DNA from: a candidate division WOR-3 bacterium
GTDB taxonomy: Bacteria; Hydrothermota; Hydrothermia; LBFQ01; DSFT01
Direction of reading: 5' to 3'
Length of the DNA stretch: 15,755 nucleotides
Assembly: GCA_965649115.1 (NCBI GenBank)
Contig: CBFGJN010000045.1
Span: 1-15,755, forward strand
Shown one piece after another: positions 1 through 8,790 of this stretch. Under the pieces are notes generated by a model that worked only from the letters and a program-made list of their open reading frames with translations, made no database searches and was not told the DNA's origin. Position numbers and translations under genes: made by a program. Within the stretch, counting starts at the first letter, position 1. Every line of letters starts with the position of its first letter.

Positions 1-123
1 AAGAGGAGAACCAAGGTATCTTTTAAACGAACTATTAGAACTTTTTAATTTTAATAAAAATTTTAGTTTTCTGTATTCAAATTCATCACTAATTGAAGAA
101 AATAGGTCAAATTGAATCTTCAT
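1..123 (-). CDS. 5' part of a probable Dam/D12-class N6-adenine DNA methyltransferase (runs off the window)
   Basis: Hand translation from ATG 123-121: MKIQFDLFSSISDEFEYRKLKFLLKLKSSNSSFKRYLGSPL, open to position 1. 'KRYLGSPL' resembles the lead-in to the D12 SPLRY(x)GGK motif, which itself would lie outside the window. The start overlaps the upstream stop (ATGA). Confidence 0.6.
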   Translation of the reverse strand, partial: MKIQFDLFSSISDEFEYRKLKFLLKLKSSNSSFKRYLGSPL

Positions 124-703
124 TTTTTTCTAACTTTCTTTTGGTACTTATTATATAATTTTTCTAAATTTTCAGGATAAGGCTTTTTATTTTCTTGAAA
201 ATTCCAATCAGGATACCTTCCTACTAAATTTTTAAATTCTTCTAAACATTTTTCTTCAAAAATTTTATATTCAGATATTTGAATCTTCTTTGCTCCATTA
301 TTACTAAAAAATGGGTTATATTTTACATGGCAAGTAGGTAGAAATGTAAAATATACCTCTATTTTATTTTCTGGTTCTAATGATAGTTCTTGTGCTATTA
401 GTAAATGGATTATAAATCTGCCTCTTCCTGGACTACCCGTTAAAGCATTTTCGTAAAAACTCAGGGTTCCTCTTATACCTCCTCTATTTATATTTTCACT
501 ATTTTCTTATTTATCGTAAAAAGATAAATTCTTGCTCTCTCATCATTTAAATCTTTTTTAATTATCCAATTTTCAAAAACTTTAATAATGTCCAGCTTTT
601 TTTTATATTTTTTATAGAATTCTTCCCATTCCTCTCTCAAAACAAAATTTCCAGCCCTAATCATTTTGTAGTTTTTCACCTTGTTTATTTTAATTACTTT
701 CAC
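120..703 (-). pseudogene. Frameshifted GIY-YIG-like (Hpy188I-like) restriction endonuclease
   Basis: ORF 703-488 ends RIYLFTINKKIVKI*, similar to the Hpy188I segment LVYVFVIQGKIFKIG. A second frame, open from 506 to 120 with no ATG, continues NRGGIRGTLSFYENALTGSPGRGRFIIHLLIAQ...FEEKCLEEFKNLVGRYPDWNFQE...KVRKK*. Its TGA (122-120) overlaps the next ATG. Confidence 0.7.
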
Positions 704-720
704 ATCTAAAATTTTAAAGT
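701..720. repeat. 20-bp direct repeat, copy 1 (cacatctaaaattttaaagt)
   Basis: Identical to 3406-3425. On the minus strand it reads ACTT-TAAAAT-TTTAGAT-GTG, a -10-like hexamer plus the start codon. Confidence 0.95.
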
Positions 721-736
721 CGTAGAAGATTTTTTC

Positions 737-2551
737 CTATTTTTGGAATAGTAATATATCTTCCATATCTATCTTCCCCTCATCTGCCTTTGATAAACCG
801 TGCGGAATTATTTTTACTAATTTAAATCCTTCCGACATACCTAAGTCCGCCAACACTCTTGATGTCTCTATCTTTTGCTCTTTCCCATCTATGATCCAAC
901 TATGATATTTGCTAACTACCATAGCGTAAAACTTTTGAGGTTTTAAAACTCTATAACACTCTCTAAAAGACAATTTCATCATTTTTAAATAATTTTCTAC
1001 AACCCGAGCCTTCACAGACCTTGCCGATTTTTTAAGCATATTGATTAAATCAACACTTGATTCTGGTAATTCCAAATTGATATTTTCAAATTTTGAATAA
1101 TACTCTTTGGTTGATTCAAACCTTAAATCATAATCAAACCCCAATATTATTATTGAAATTTTATTGTTGCCTATATAATCTAAGGCATCAAAATATGGAG
1201 GCGATGTTAGTATTCCATCTATGGAGTTATCGTTTATAAAATCCATTTGAGTAGAATCTGCTTTTATTATATTTACTTTCCCAGCGCTTATATTTACATT
1301 TAATTTCTCTGCTAATTTCAAGGTAGCGTATAAGGTAAGGTATCTATCTTCAACATAATTTTGAAAAGAAGAAATGAAATTGTTAGAATACTTTTTCTCC
1401 GAAAATTCCACAATTTTTTGACTCAATAAAAGCAAAAGAAATTTCCTAATTTTTTCATCTCTGATTTGCTCTATTTTGTTTTTCAGGTAAATTATCTTTT
1501 GCAGGTGCGGTAAAATGTTCGTCAGATATTTATTTGCTTCCACTTGTTCCATTAGCTTTACTTTAACTTCTTCTATTTTTTCATTTATGTCAAAGCTAAA
1601 CAAATCTTGACCGCTGGAACTTATACTTGAAAATAAATGAGTTATTTCATCTTTTAATTTTCGTATGTCATAATTCAAACAACACTTTACTTCCGATATA
1701 AACTTGCCGATTTCTAAAATTTCAACACCTATGGCATTTAAACCCATTGTTGGAGCATCGGCGATGAAAGCTCCTGAACCCACAAAAGGGTCTAATATTG
1801 TGTCTCCTTTATTTACCTTCAATAAATTTATCAATGCTCTTGATATTCGGGGGTCTCCCTTGCCCTTGTATTTGTGGAGATAATGCAAAAAAGGTTTTCT
1901 CAAATCGGTATATGCCCAATCTACAAAATCTCCGATATGTTTTTTCCCCAATCCAAAATGCGGAGCGCGAAAATGATTATTTCTTAAATGCTCCAACATC
2001 TCATCTAAACCTTTTTCTATTCCTTTCTCTTTTACAGTGAAATATTCGCTCCAATTTTTAGCGCTCTTCGGAGTAATTGCAACATCAGGCAATTTCTTTA
2101 CATCAGACACATATTCAAAAAGTGTTTGTATCGGCAGCAATCTTATCACTATTAACTTTTTATCATCTTCCAGATAAGTGGGGAATATCTGGAATAGATT
2201 TTCATTTGTCAGTGGTAATTCTTGTTTAATTTGCTCCTCATCCATAGATGTTTCCATTATGAGATATATTTCTTTGAAAAAAGCAGGGTAAAACACTAAT
2301 TTATCAACATCAACGGATTTTACTTTCGCTATATATCCTTGTATTTCGCCAAGATATAAATGGCGTGTTATTATGCGTATAATATCTTCGTTCAACTTGT
2401 TAAATGGATAATTTTTAAAAAGGGCTGGAATTGTTTTTACAAGCTTTACCTCTGTATCTAAAATTGCAGATAATTCGTGTCCGGCAAAATATGCTTCCGC
2501 AGGGTCTCGTAAGTCAAATTTGATTTTTGCCAAAACTATTATCTCGTTCAT
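737..2551 (-). CDS. Amino-DNA methyltransferase, alpha motif order, probably N4-cytosine; type II R-M modification enzyme
   Basis: 604 aa. Motif X-like HYLHKYKGKGDP and motif I ILDPFVGSG precede motif IV TSPPY, followed by ECYRVLKP. Start overlaps the endonuclease stop (TAATG). Confidence 0.88.
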   Translation of the reverse strand: MNEIIVLAKIKFDLRDPAEAYFAGHELSAILDTEVKLVKTIPALFKNYPFNKLNEDIIRIITRHLYLGEIQGYIAKVKSVDVDKLVFYPAFFKEIYLIMETSMDEEQIKQELPLTNENLFQIFPTYLEDDKKLIVIRLLPIQTLFEYVSDVKKLPDVAITPKSAKNWSEYFTVKEKGIEKGLDEMLEHLRNNHFRAPHFGLGKKHIGDFVDWAYTDLRKPFLHYLHKYKGKGDPRISRALINLLKVNKGDTILDPFVGSGAFIADAPTMGLNAIGVEILEIGKFISEVKCCLNYDIRKLKDEITHLFSSISSSGQDLFSFDINEKIEEVKVKLMEQVEANKYLTNILPHLQKIIYLKNKIEQIRDEKIRKFLLLLLSQKIVEFSEKKYSNNFISSFQNYVEDRYLTLYATLKLAEKLNVNISAGKVNIIKADSTQMDFINDNSIDGILTSPPYFDALDYIGNNKISIIILGFDYDLRFESTKEYYSKFENINLELPESSVDLINMLKKSARSVKARVVENYLKMMKLSFRECYRVLKPQKFYAMVVSKYHSWIIDGKEQKIETSRVLADLGMSEGFKLVKIIPHGLSKADEGKIDMEDILLFQK

Positions 2552-3408
2552 TACCTACTGCCTTCTTCTAATTTAAAAAGTTCGCACGGCTTTATTTTGA
2601 ATTGTAATTTGGTCGGGTCAGGCGTTCCTCCCTTTCTCTGCATGGTTATTCTACCTATGTATAAACTCCCATTTGGTGAAACTCTTACTCCTCCCTGTCC
2701 AAAAAAATTCATTGCGGTATTTATGTCTTTCAGAATCCAAGTAGTAGTATCGTTGGATTTATTATACCTTGTAACTAACATCCAATCTGCTGCAAATCCC
2801 CCTCTACCTTTTAGAATATCACTTACAACAAGGATTTTGTTTTTAGTAAAGAACGATATAATTTTCTGGACTATATCATCTTTAAGTTCAGTTAGAAATA
2901 CTCGTCGTGAATCTTTTAATTGAGATAAACTGACTTTCAACATTTCTGGATGGGTTGATGGGCTTATTTCTCCAGTAAATAATTTTAAAGCCAATGCAAT
3001 CTCATCATCAAAATGCCACATTTCTTTATAAGAGTCAACCCACCTTTTATCCACTTGATTATAATCTGCATCTGAGTTCGCTTTTTTCAAAGATAAATTC
3101 TCAACTTTTATGGCATTATTCACACGAATAATCAATCTAATTTGAACTTGTACATCCGTTTTTTTGAAATGCATTAATTCCTCATACTCTTCCTCGCTAA
3201 ACCCAAATTTCTTTACATCGCTCTTTTTTATTCTTACGGGAATTTGAATTGCTTTTACATAATCTATTTTGTTGATGTCGTATCCCATAATTTTCAACCA
3301 GAGCTGGGCTTCATTGTCCTTTTTCCAATTGTTGAATTTCTCACATATTGCTCTTTCATTTGCAAATCCACCTTTTGCTGTTCTTGACCCAAATTCAAAG
3401 TTATACAC
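2551..3408 (-). CDS. Type II restriction endonuclease, HinP1I family (PD-(D/E)xK)
   Basis: 285 aa. GSRTAKGGFANE, FNNWK..EAQLWL..MG, KTDVQV, NQVDKRW, DILKGRG.FAADW and GRITMQRKGG...LQFKI.P.ELF follow R.HinP1I as I recall it. Confidence 0.9.
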   Translation of the reverse strand: MYNFEFGSRTAKGGFANERAICEKFNNWKKDNEAQLWLKIMGYDINKIDYVKAIQIPVRIKKSDVKKFGFSEEEYEELMHFKKTDVQVQIRLIIRVNNAIKVENLSLKKANSDADYNQVDKRWVDSYKEMWHFDDEIALALKLFTGEISPSTHPEMLKVSLSQLKDSRRVFLTELKDDIVQKIISFFTKNKILVVSDILKGRGGFAADWMLVTRYNKSNDTTTWILKDINTAMNFFGQGGVRVSPNGSLYIGRITMQRKGGTPDPTKLQFKIKPCELFKLEEGSR

Positions 3409-3425
3409 ATCTAAAATTTTAAAGT
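3406..3425. repeat. 20-bp direct repeat, copy 2 (cacatctaaaattttaaagt)
   Basis: Identical to 701-720. Contains the endonuclease GTG start (3408-3406). Confidence 0.95.
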
Positions 3426-3445
3426 TTATCCTTTAAAATTTTCGT
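3409..3445. promoter_or_regulatory. Back-to-back divergent putative -10 boxes (endonuclease and rpmB)
   Basis: TAAAAT at 3421-3416 (-), 7 nt before GTG, and at 3434-3439 (+), 6 nt before ATG. Together they form the inverted repeat aaaattttaaag-tttatc-ctttaaaatttt. Confidence 0.65.
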
Positions 3446-3628
3446 ATGGCAAGAAGGTGTGAAATATGTGGTAAAGGTGTAATGTTTGGAAATAGAGTTA
3501 GCCATTCAAATAAGAAAAGTTCAAGAAAATTTAAACCAAACTTACATAAAATTACAGCAATTGTAAATGGGAGTAAAAGAAGAGTTAAGGTTTGTACCAA
3601 GTGTTTAAGAAAATTGCCAAGGGCATAA
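3446..3628 (+). CDS. rpmB: 50S ribosomal protein L28, zinc-binding (C+) form
   Basis: 60 aa, MARRCEICGK...GNRVSHSN...RKFKPNL...VCTKCLR, with two CxxC pairs. Confidence 0.97.
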   Translation: MARRCEICGKGVMFGNRVSHSNKKSSRKFKPNLHKITAIVNGSKRRVKVCTKCLRKLPRA

Positions 3629-6600
3629 CTGCCCTTTTTTTAATTTCCATAATTTTTCTAATAGTATTAGTTTTTTATTTTTTTAAAAATTTAGATAAAT
3701 TCATAAACAATTTTATTAAAGAACATTTGAAAAAGCCACTTATATACAAAAAAATATCAATAAACCTAAAAGAAATATCTTTATATAATTTTGAAATTCC
3801 AACAATTTTAAAAGGTGATTCTCTGAAAATAAAATTTTCAATTTCTGAAATTTTGAAATCGCATTCAATTTACAAAATTATAGCTTATAATATCACATTT
3901 AATGTAGATAGCTTTGAAAAAAATTTAAAAAAAGATAGTTCAAAAACTTCTTCTAGAAGTTCTTTTGAAAAATTTGAAATCAAAAACATTGAATTTATTA
4001 AGGCAAATTTAATAGTTAATAATTTAGACGTAAAAATTGAAAAAATTAACTCAAACATAATTTCAGATGGAAATTCTATTTTAATAAAATTAAAAACTTA
4101 TAACTTATCTGAAAATAAATCAATTCATCAAAAATTAGATAGCTTGTTTTCTCAAATAAAAATTTACCAAGATAGTATTTATACAACTTCAAAATTGTTT
4201 TCAGATAGCTTAAAATCAAACCAAATAGATATAAAAATTTTCCCAACAAAACAATTAGTTTATCTAAATTCAAAATTTATAAAATTTAGAACATTTAACT
4301 TTTATAATATTTCTGCTGAGATTGAAACTGAAAGTCTAAATATAAGTGCTATTGGAGATAGTTTAATTTTTGAAAACAATAAAATTCATAATTTTGATAT
4401 AAGTTTAAAATTGAAAAATGACACAATTTTTATAAACGAAGGAAAATTTAATTTTCTTAAAGGAAATATCCTATTAAGTGGTTTTGTTTTTGATACAAGT
4501 TTTAACATAAATGCTAAAATAACAAATTTAAAGCCTGATACAATTATTCAAATTGATGGAAATTTTAAAATTTATGGTAATTTTAATAGTAATTTGAATA
4601 TCGCATTTAACAATACAGAAGTTATTTATGATACCTTGAAATTCCGAAATTTAAGTGGAATAATTTATTCAAATGATTATAAAAATTTTCAAATTTCAAA
4701 AATTTTTATAGAGGATAGAAACATAGTAGGTGAAATTTCAGGAAACTATCACTTAGATAAACAAATCGGAGATTTAAAATTAAATTTTAGTTTTATAAAC
4801 TTAATAGGTTTTAATAATTTTATTAAAGGTCATGCTAATTTTATTGGTAATGTAAAAATTCAAAAAAATCATTTTGAAGTTACCGGAAATGGAAATTTAA
4901 ACAAACTATTTTATGAAAATTATCATTTTGAAAATGGAAACTACAATATAAGCATATTTGATAGTGTTCTTAATTTTCAAACAAAATTATTTAAATTAAA
5001 ACTAAACGATAGCTTAATTTTAGATAGTTCCTATATTATTTTTAAGAAAAATAACAACAATGGAAATTTTTCAATAAATTTATTTAGTCAATATGGTAAA
5101 TTGGAAATCCTTGGAAATTTAATGTTGAAGGATACAATAAAATCAGCCTTTAATTTGGTTTTTTTAAATGGTGATACATTAATCAAGTTTGATGAAGGTT
5201 TATTTGAAAGCTATAAAAATTATAATTATTTGAAAGTAAAAAACGATAATATAATTCTTGAAATGCTCTTAGATAGCTCAAACATTGATTTAACTTTTAT
5301 TAGTTCAAACTTCAATTATAACAAGTTATTAAAAATATTTAAAATTGATAGCATTAGTTTTAATGGTTATTTTGCTTTAAGAGTTAGTGGAGACATTTCA
5401 AATCCAAAATTATTTTTGAACTTAGATTTAAGTGATATTCAATTAAAAACGTTTTTGTTCAATCAGATAAATGCTTCAGTTTATTATTATGATAAGCAGA
5501 TAAATATTGATTACTTTAAATTTGTAAATAAAAATGGTGTTATTGAAGGAAATTTAAACTTGTCTTCTATTCTAAAATTAAATCCATTTTCCATAACAAT
5601 TGATGAGGGTCAAATAAATGGCGAAATTTCATTTAGTGGTTTTCCTGTTGATATTATTGAACCATTTTTATTTCCTAATGTCGTTATTGATGAAGGTTAT
5701 ATTCAAGGGGAGGCTAAAATTTCAGGTTCTTTAATTTCTCCAATGTTTTCAGGAAGTGCAAAAATTTATTCAAAAAATATAGCATTTACACCACTTGAAA
5801 TAGAATTTAAAAATTTAGATGGAAATTTAATTTTTTATAAAAATACAATCAAAATTAATCAATTTATATTAACGAATTCAAGATCAGGTATTTTAACAAT
5901 AAATGGATTTATAGTTTTTTCAAACAAATTTAAGGATATAAATTTTGATTTAGCTATTAATATGAATAAATTTTACTTATCACTTGATGATTGGACGGAA
6001 TTTTTCATAAGTGGTTCATTAAAATTAACGGGTAAATTTCCAGGTTTAAGCATTGATGGTAATTTAAATATAGATGAAGGGTATGTAAATTATCCTGTAG
6101 GATATAAAGCAAAAAATCAAACAGAAGCTCCAAATCCTTTGAGGTACCATATAACAATAAATGCCAATAAGAGAATCTTTTTTAGTAATGAACTTGTAGA
6201 TGCGGAATTATCTGCAAATCTAATTTTACAAAAAACAAGTGATGTTGGACAATATCTTGAAGGTTCATTTAACATAATAAAAGGAAGTGTTTATCTATAC
6301 ACACTAAATAGAAATTTTAAGATAATTGAAGGAAAAATAAATGTTGTAAGAAATGAAATAAATCTTGATATAATTGGGGAAGCAGAGATTTACGATGATA
6401 CGATTACTGCTCATGTTATGGGGACACTTGAAAATCCGTATTTTGAATTATTTTCAAAAAAAGGTAGAAGTCAATTTGAGATTTTGAATTTGGTTTTAAG
6501 TGGAGGTTTTAGTGAGAAAGGTATAAACTTAGCCCAACAAGTCCTTACAAGAAGTATAAGAAAGAAACTAAATTTTGATGAATTAACATTTACACCTATT

Positions 6601-6792
6601 GGAAATAGTGCTCTTATAACACTTGGAAGCTATATAACTGAAAAATTATATTTAAAGTTAAGTACAGATGTTCAGAATCCAGATGCTTATAATTTAAGGA
6701 TTCAGTACTTTTTAAAACCTAATTTATCTATTTTTGGCGAGAGAAAGGAAAATAATTATACAATTGGAATTGGTTATCGCTTAAAGTTTTAA
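3592..6792 (+). CDS. tamB: TamB/AsmA-like translocation and assembly module protein
   Basis: 1066 aa with an N-terminal hydrophobic anchor and a long beta-rich body (VSGDISNPK, ISGSLISP, VMGTLENP). DUF490-like C-terminus (LGSYITEKLYL...QYFLKPNLSI...IGYRLKF). The true start may be GTG 3601. Confidence 0.8.
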   Translation: MYQVFKKIAKGITALFLISIIFLIVLVFYFFKNLDKFINNFIKEHLKKPLIYKKISINLKEISLYNFEIPTILKGDSLKIKFSISEILKSHSIYKIIAYNITFNVDSFEKNLKKDSSKTSSRSSFEKFEIKNIEFIKANLIVNNLDVKIEKINSNIISDGNSILIKLKTYNLSENKSIHQKLDSLFSQIKIYQDSIYTTSKLFSDSLKSNQIDIKIFPTKQLVYLNSKFIKFRTFNFYNISAEIETESLNISAIGDSLIFENNKIHNFDISLKLKNDTIFINEGKFNFLKGNILLSGFVFDTSFNINAKITNLKPDTIIQIDGNFKIYGNFNSNLNIAFNNTEVIYDTLKFRNLSGIIYSNDYKNFQISKIFIEDRNIVGEISGNYHLDKQIGDLKLNFSFINLIGFNNFIKGHANFIGNVKIQKNHFEVTGNGNLNKLFYENYHFENGNYNISIFDSVLNFQTKLFKLKLNDSLILDSSYIIFKKNNNNGNFSINLFSQYGKLEILGNLMLKDTIKSAFNLVFLNGDTLIKFDEGLFESYKNYNYLKVKNDNIILEMLLDSSNIDLTFISSNFNYNKLLKIFKIDSISFNGYFALRVSGDISNPKLFLNLDLSDIQLKTFLFNQINASVYYYDKQINIDYFKFVNKNGVIEGNLNLSSILKLNPFSITIDEGQINGEISFSGFPVDIIEPFLFPNVVIDEGYIQGEAKISGSLISPMFSGSAKIYSKNIAFTPLEIEFKNLDGNLIFYKNTIKINQFILTNSRSGILTINGFIVFSNKFKDINFDLAINMNKFYLSLDDWTEFFISGSLKLTGKFPGLSIDGNLNIDEGYVNYPVGYKAKNQTEAPNPLRYHITINANKRIFFSNELVDAELSANLILQKTSDVGQYLEGSFNIIKGSVYLYTLNRNFKIIEGKINVVRNEINLDIIGEAEIYDDTITAHVMGTLENPYFELFSKKGRSQFEILNLVLSGGFSEKGINLAQQVLTRSIRKKLNFDELTFTPIGNSALITLGSYITEKLYLKLSTDVQNPDAYNLRIQYFLKPNLSIFGERKENNYTIGIGYRLKF

Positions 6793-7888
6793 GAATAATA
6801 TAAATTTCAAAAGGCAGAACAAATAGTTTAAATCTTGAACTATCAACAGGATTTAAAATAAAGCAAAAATCATAAACTATTAAAAGAATAACAATGGATA
6901 TAAAAATAAGCTTTTCTTTGGTTTTGAAGAATGAATAAATGAGAATAGAAGAATAAACAAGCGATAAGAAAATATAAATAATAAGCAAAAATTTTTTGTA
7001 TTTATCAATTGGAAAAAATAATAATTTTATTGGGTTTGTAATGAAATTTTTAACAGCATATAGAACTATTACTCCGCTATTATTTTTAAACTCTTCAATA
7101 AGAACCTCTTTATAACAATTATTATTCACAATTTGGCATCGCTTTGAAAGCTCAATTTTAGCAGATTGCCAATCTAAATTTCTTATATTTTCATAATATC
7201 CTTTAATTGACCAAAAGAAAAAATTGCTTTGTTCTTCACATCTTGATAGATTAATTATTAAAGTTAAGCTTGTTATTGAAAGAATTGAGCCCAAAGTCCA
7301 TTTTCTTAAAGCAATCAAAAAAATAATAAGAATAATTAGAAATTCTGGTCTTATAAGTGATGATAGAAATAAAAAAATTAAAGAAAAATTATATTTTTTA
7401 AAGTGAAAAAATAAAAGCGAAATCAAGATAAATATAGCATTTATCGGTTCAAGCATTATTCTTGGAATGTAATAAAAAGTAAAACTAAATGTTAAAATGA
7501 GCAAAATGATATTAAAAAATAAATGCTTTGGATTTATAACATAAAATAAAATGGCAAGCAAAATCCCAAAAACAACTGAATTAAAAATTATAACTGAAAT
7601 TGGAAAATAATTTTTAAAGATAAACATAAATGGAGCAAACAAATAACCTGCCTGTGGTCTAAAACAATCAATTGGTTTTAAATTTTTATAAACACTATAA
7701 GCATTTTTAATATAATGATAACTATCTGCAATAGTTCCAACATAATTTTTATTTAGGACATTATTTAAACTTGAAAGATCAGAAATGAATGTTTTTTTGT
7801 AGTTCTTAGTTTCATAATAAATTTTAGAAATTGCAGAAAATAAATATAAAACTATTGATAGAAATAAAAGAATAAAGAAATTTTTCAA
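6728..7888 (-). CDS. Polytopic membrane protein, GT-C-fold (ArnT/PMT-like) glycosyltransferase candidate; paralog of 8791-10011
   Basis: 386 aa with many hydrophobic segments. DSYHY in the first loop, FRPQAGY, MLEP, IRPE and a late SRF resemble GT-C motifs. Confidence 0.6.
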   Translation of the reverse strand: MKNFFILLFLSIVLYLFSAISKIYYETKNYKKTFISDLSSLNNVLNKNYVGTIADSYHYIKNAYSVYKNLKPIDCFRPQAGYLFAPFMFIFKNYFPISVIIFNSVVFGILLAILFYVINPKHLFFNIILLILTFSFTFYYIPRIMLEPINAIFILISLLFFHFKKYNFSLIFLFLSSLIRPEFLIILIIFLIALRKWTLGSILSITSLTLIINLSRCEEQSNFFFWSIKGYYENIRNLDWQSAKIELSKRCQIVNNNCYKEVLIEEFKNNSGVIVLYAVKNFITNPIKLLFFPIDKYKKFLLIIYIFLSLVYSSILIYSFFKTKEKLIFISIVILLIVYDFCFILNPVDSSRFKLFVLPFEIYIILKTLSDNQFQLYNYFPFSRQK

Positions 7889-7901
7889 TTTTTAAAATTT
7901 T

Positions 7902-7960
7902 AATGCCCTCTTTTGCTATGGGGGCTTTGATAATCAAAGATTTATGAAGAATTTAAAAGG
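7902..7960 (+). repeat. Internally deleted copy of the intergenic hairpin repeat
   Basis: aatgccctcttttgctatgggggc matches the reverse complement of ~12035-12062. It is fused to ttgataatcaaagattta...atttaaaag, which matches ~11279-11310. Confidence 0.6.
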
Positions 7961-7997
7961 GCTTTATTCCCAATATAAAAATAGACACAGCAAAATT

Positions 7998-8789
7998 TTA
8001 AAGGTTATTGTAAATTAAAATCACATTTGAAGTTTTTTCTAAATTGGAGAGGTAATAGCCTTTTGGTAAAACCTTCAAGACATTTTCAATATTATAAAAT
8101 TTTCTTGATATTTGATTATATTCCATAATAATCAAAGGTTTTACATCACTTATAAACCTTATTCCACCTAAAATAACTTCATATTCAGCACCTTCAACAT
8201 CTATTAACATTATGGTTTTCATATTTTCTAAAATTCCTCTTTCATAAAAATTATCTAAACTTTCCATCTTTAACTTTAAAACTATTGAATTTTCGTTATC
8301 TTTTATTGAGGAAGATGTAGGACTTTTTGGTTTATAATAAAAATCTACAATTCCTTCTCTATTACCTATTAAAACATTAAAAACTTCAAGATTTTCTAAA
8401 TCATTTAAAATTTTACTTATTTTTAGTGATTTATATGCTTCATAAATAGGTTCAAAACCTATTGCTTTCTTTATTTTAGGATGTTTAGCATACTTAATCA
8501 AAAATTCACCTATACTTGCCCCTATATTTAAAAACTGAAATTCACCTTCGTTCTTCTCCAAAAAACTGTCTAAAAATAAATGTGTTCCTTCTTCATTAGG
8601 TTTTGAAATCACTAAAAGATTATAAGAACGGGAAATTTTTGGATTAAAAAATAAATATACATTTTCAAATTTAAAAATAAATGGTTTTTTAATATAGTCT
8701 GAGAGAACTCCAATACCCCTCAACTTTATCTTAAAAAATCTATAAAAAAAGTAATACAAATAGCAAAATAACTTATAAATAAAAATCAC
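7998..8789 (-). CDS. FkbM-family SAM-dependent methyltransferase
   Basis: 263 aa with NIGASIGEF, IGFEP, SLDNF, LIDVEGAEYEVILG and KPLIIMEY. Confidence 0.88.
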   Translation of the reverse strand: MIFIYKLFCYLYYFFYRFFKIKLRGIGVLSDYIKKPFIFKFENVYLFFNPKISRSYNLLVISKPNEEGTHLFLDSFLEKNEGEFQFLNIGASIGEFLIKYAKHPKIKKAIGFEPIYEAYKSLKISKILNDLENLEVFNVLIGNREGIVDFYYKPKSPTSSSIKDNENSIVLKLKMESLDNFYERGILENMKTIMLIDVEGAEYEVILGGIRFISDVKPLIIMEYNQISRKFYNIENVLKVLPKGYYLSNLEKTSNVILIYNNL

Positions 8790-8790
8790 T

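Noticed and set aside
597..604. T8 run as a phase-variation switch for the broken nuclease
   Set aside because: The frame is intact through the run; the break lies near 490, and such runs are common here.
1798..2040. 80-aa plus-strand ORF
   Set aside because: Antisense to the methyltransferase, with no recognisable motifs.
2597..2923. 108-aa plus-strand ORF
   Set aside because: Antisense shadow of the endonuclease.
701..3425. Classical integron attC/attI or CRISPR repeats
   Set aside because: There are only two repeats 2.7 kb apart, with no attC-type structure, integrase or cas gene.
4076..4273. 65-aa minus-strand ORF
   Set aside because: Lies inside tamB and has no supporting signal.
7224..7406. 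60-aa plus-strand ORF
   Set aside because: Antisense to the membrane protein; its Lys/Ile bias mirrors the T-rich codons on the other strand.
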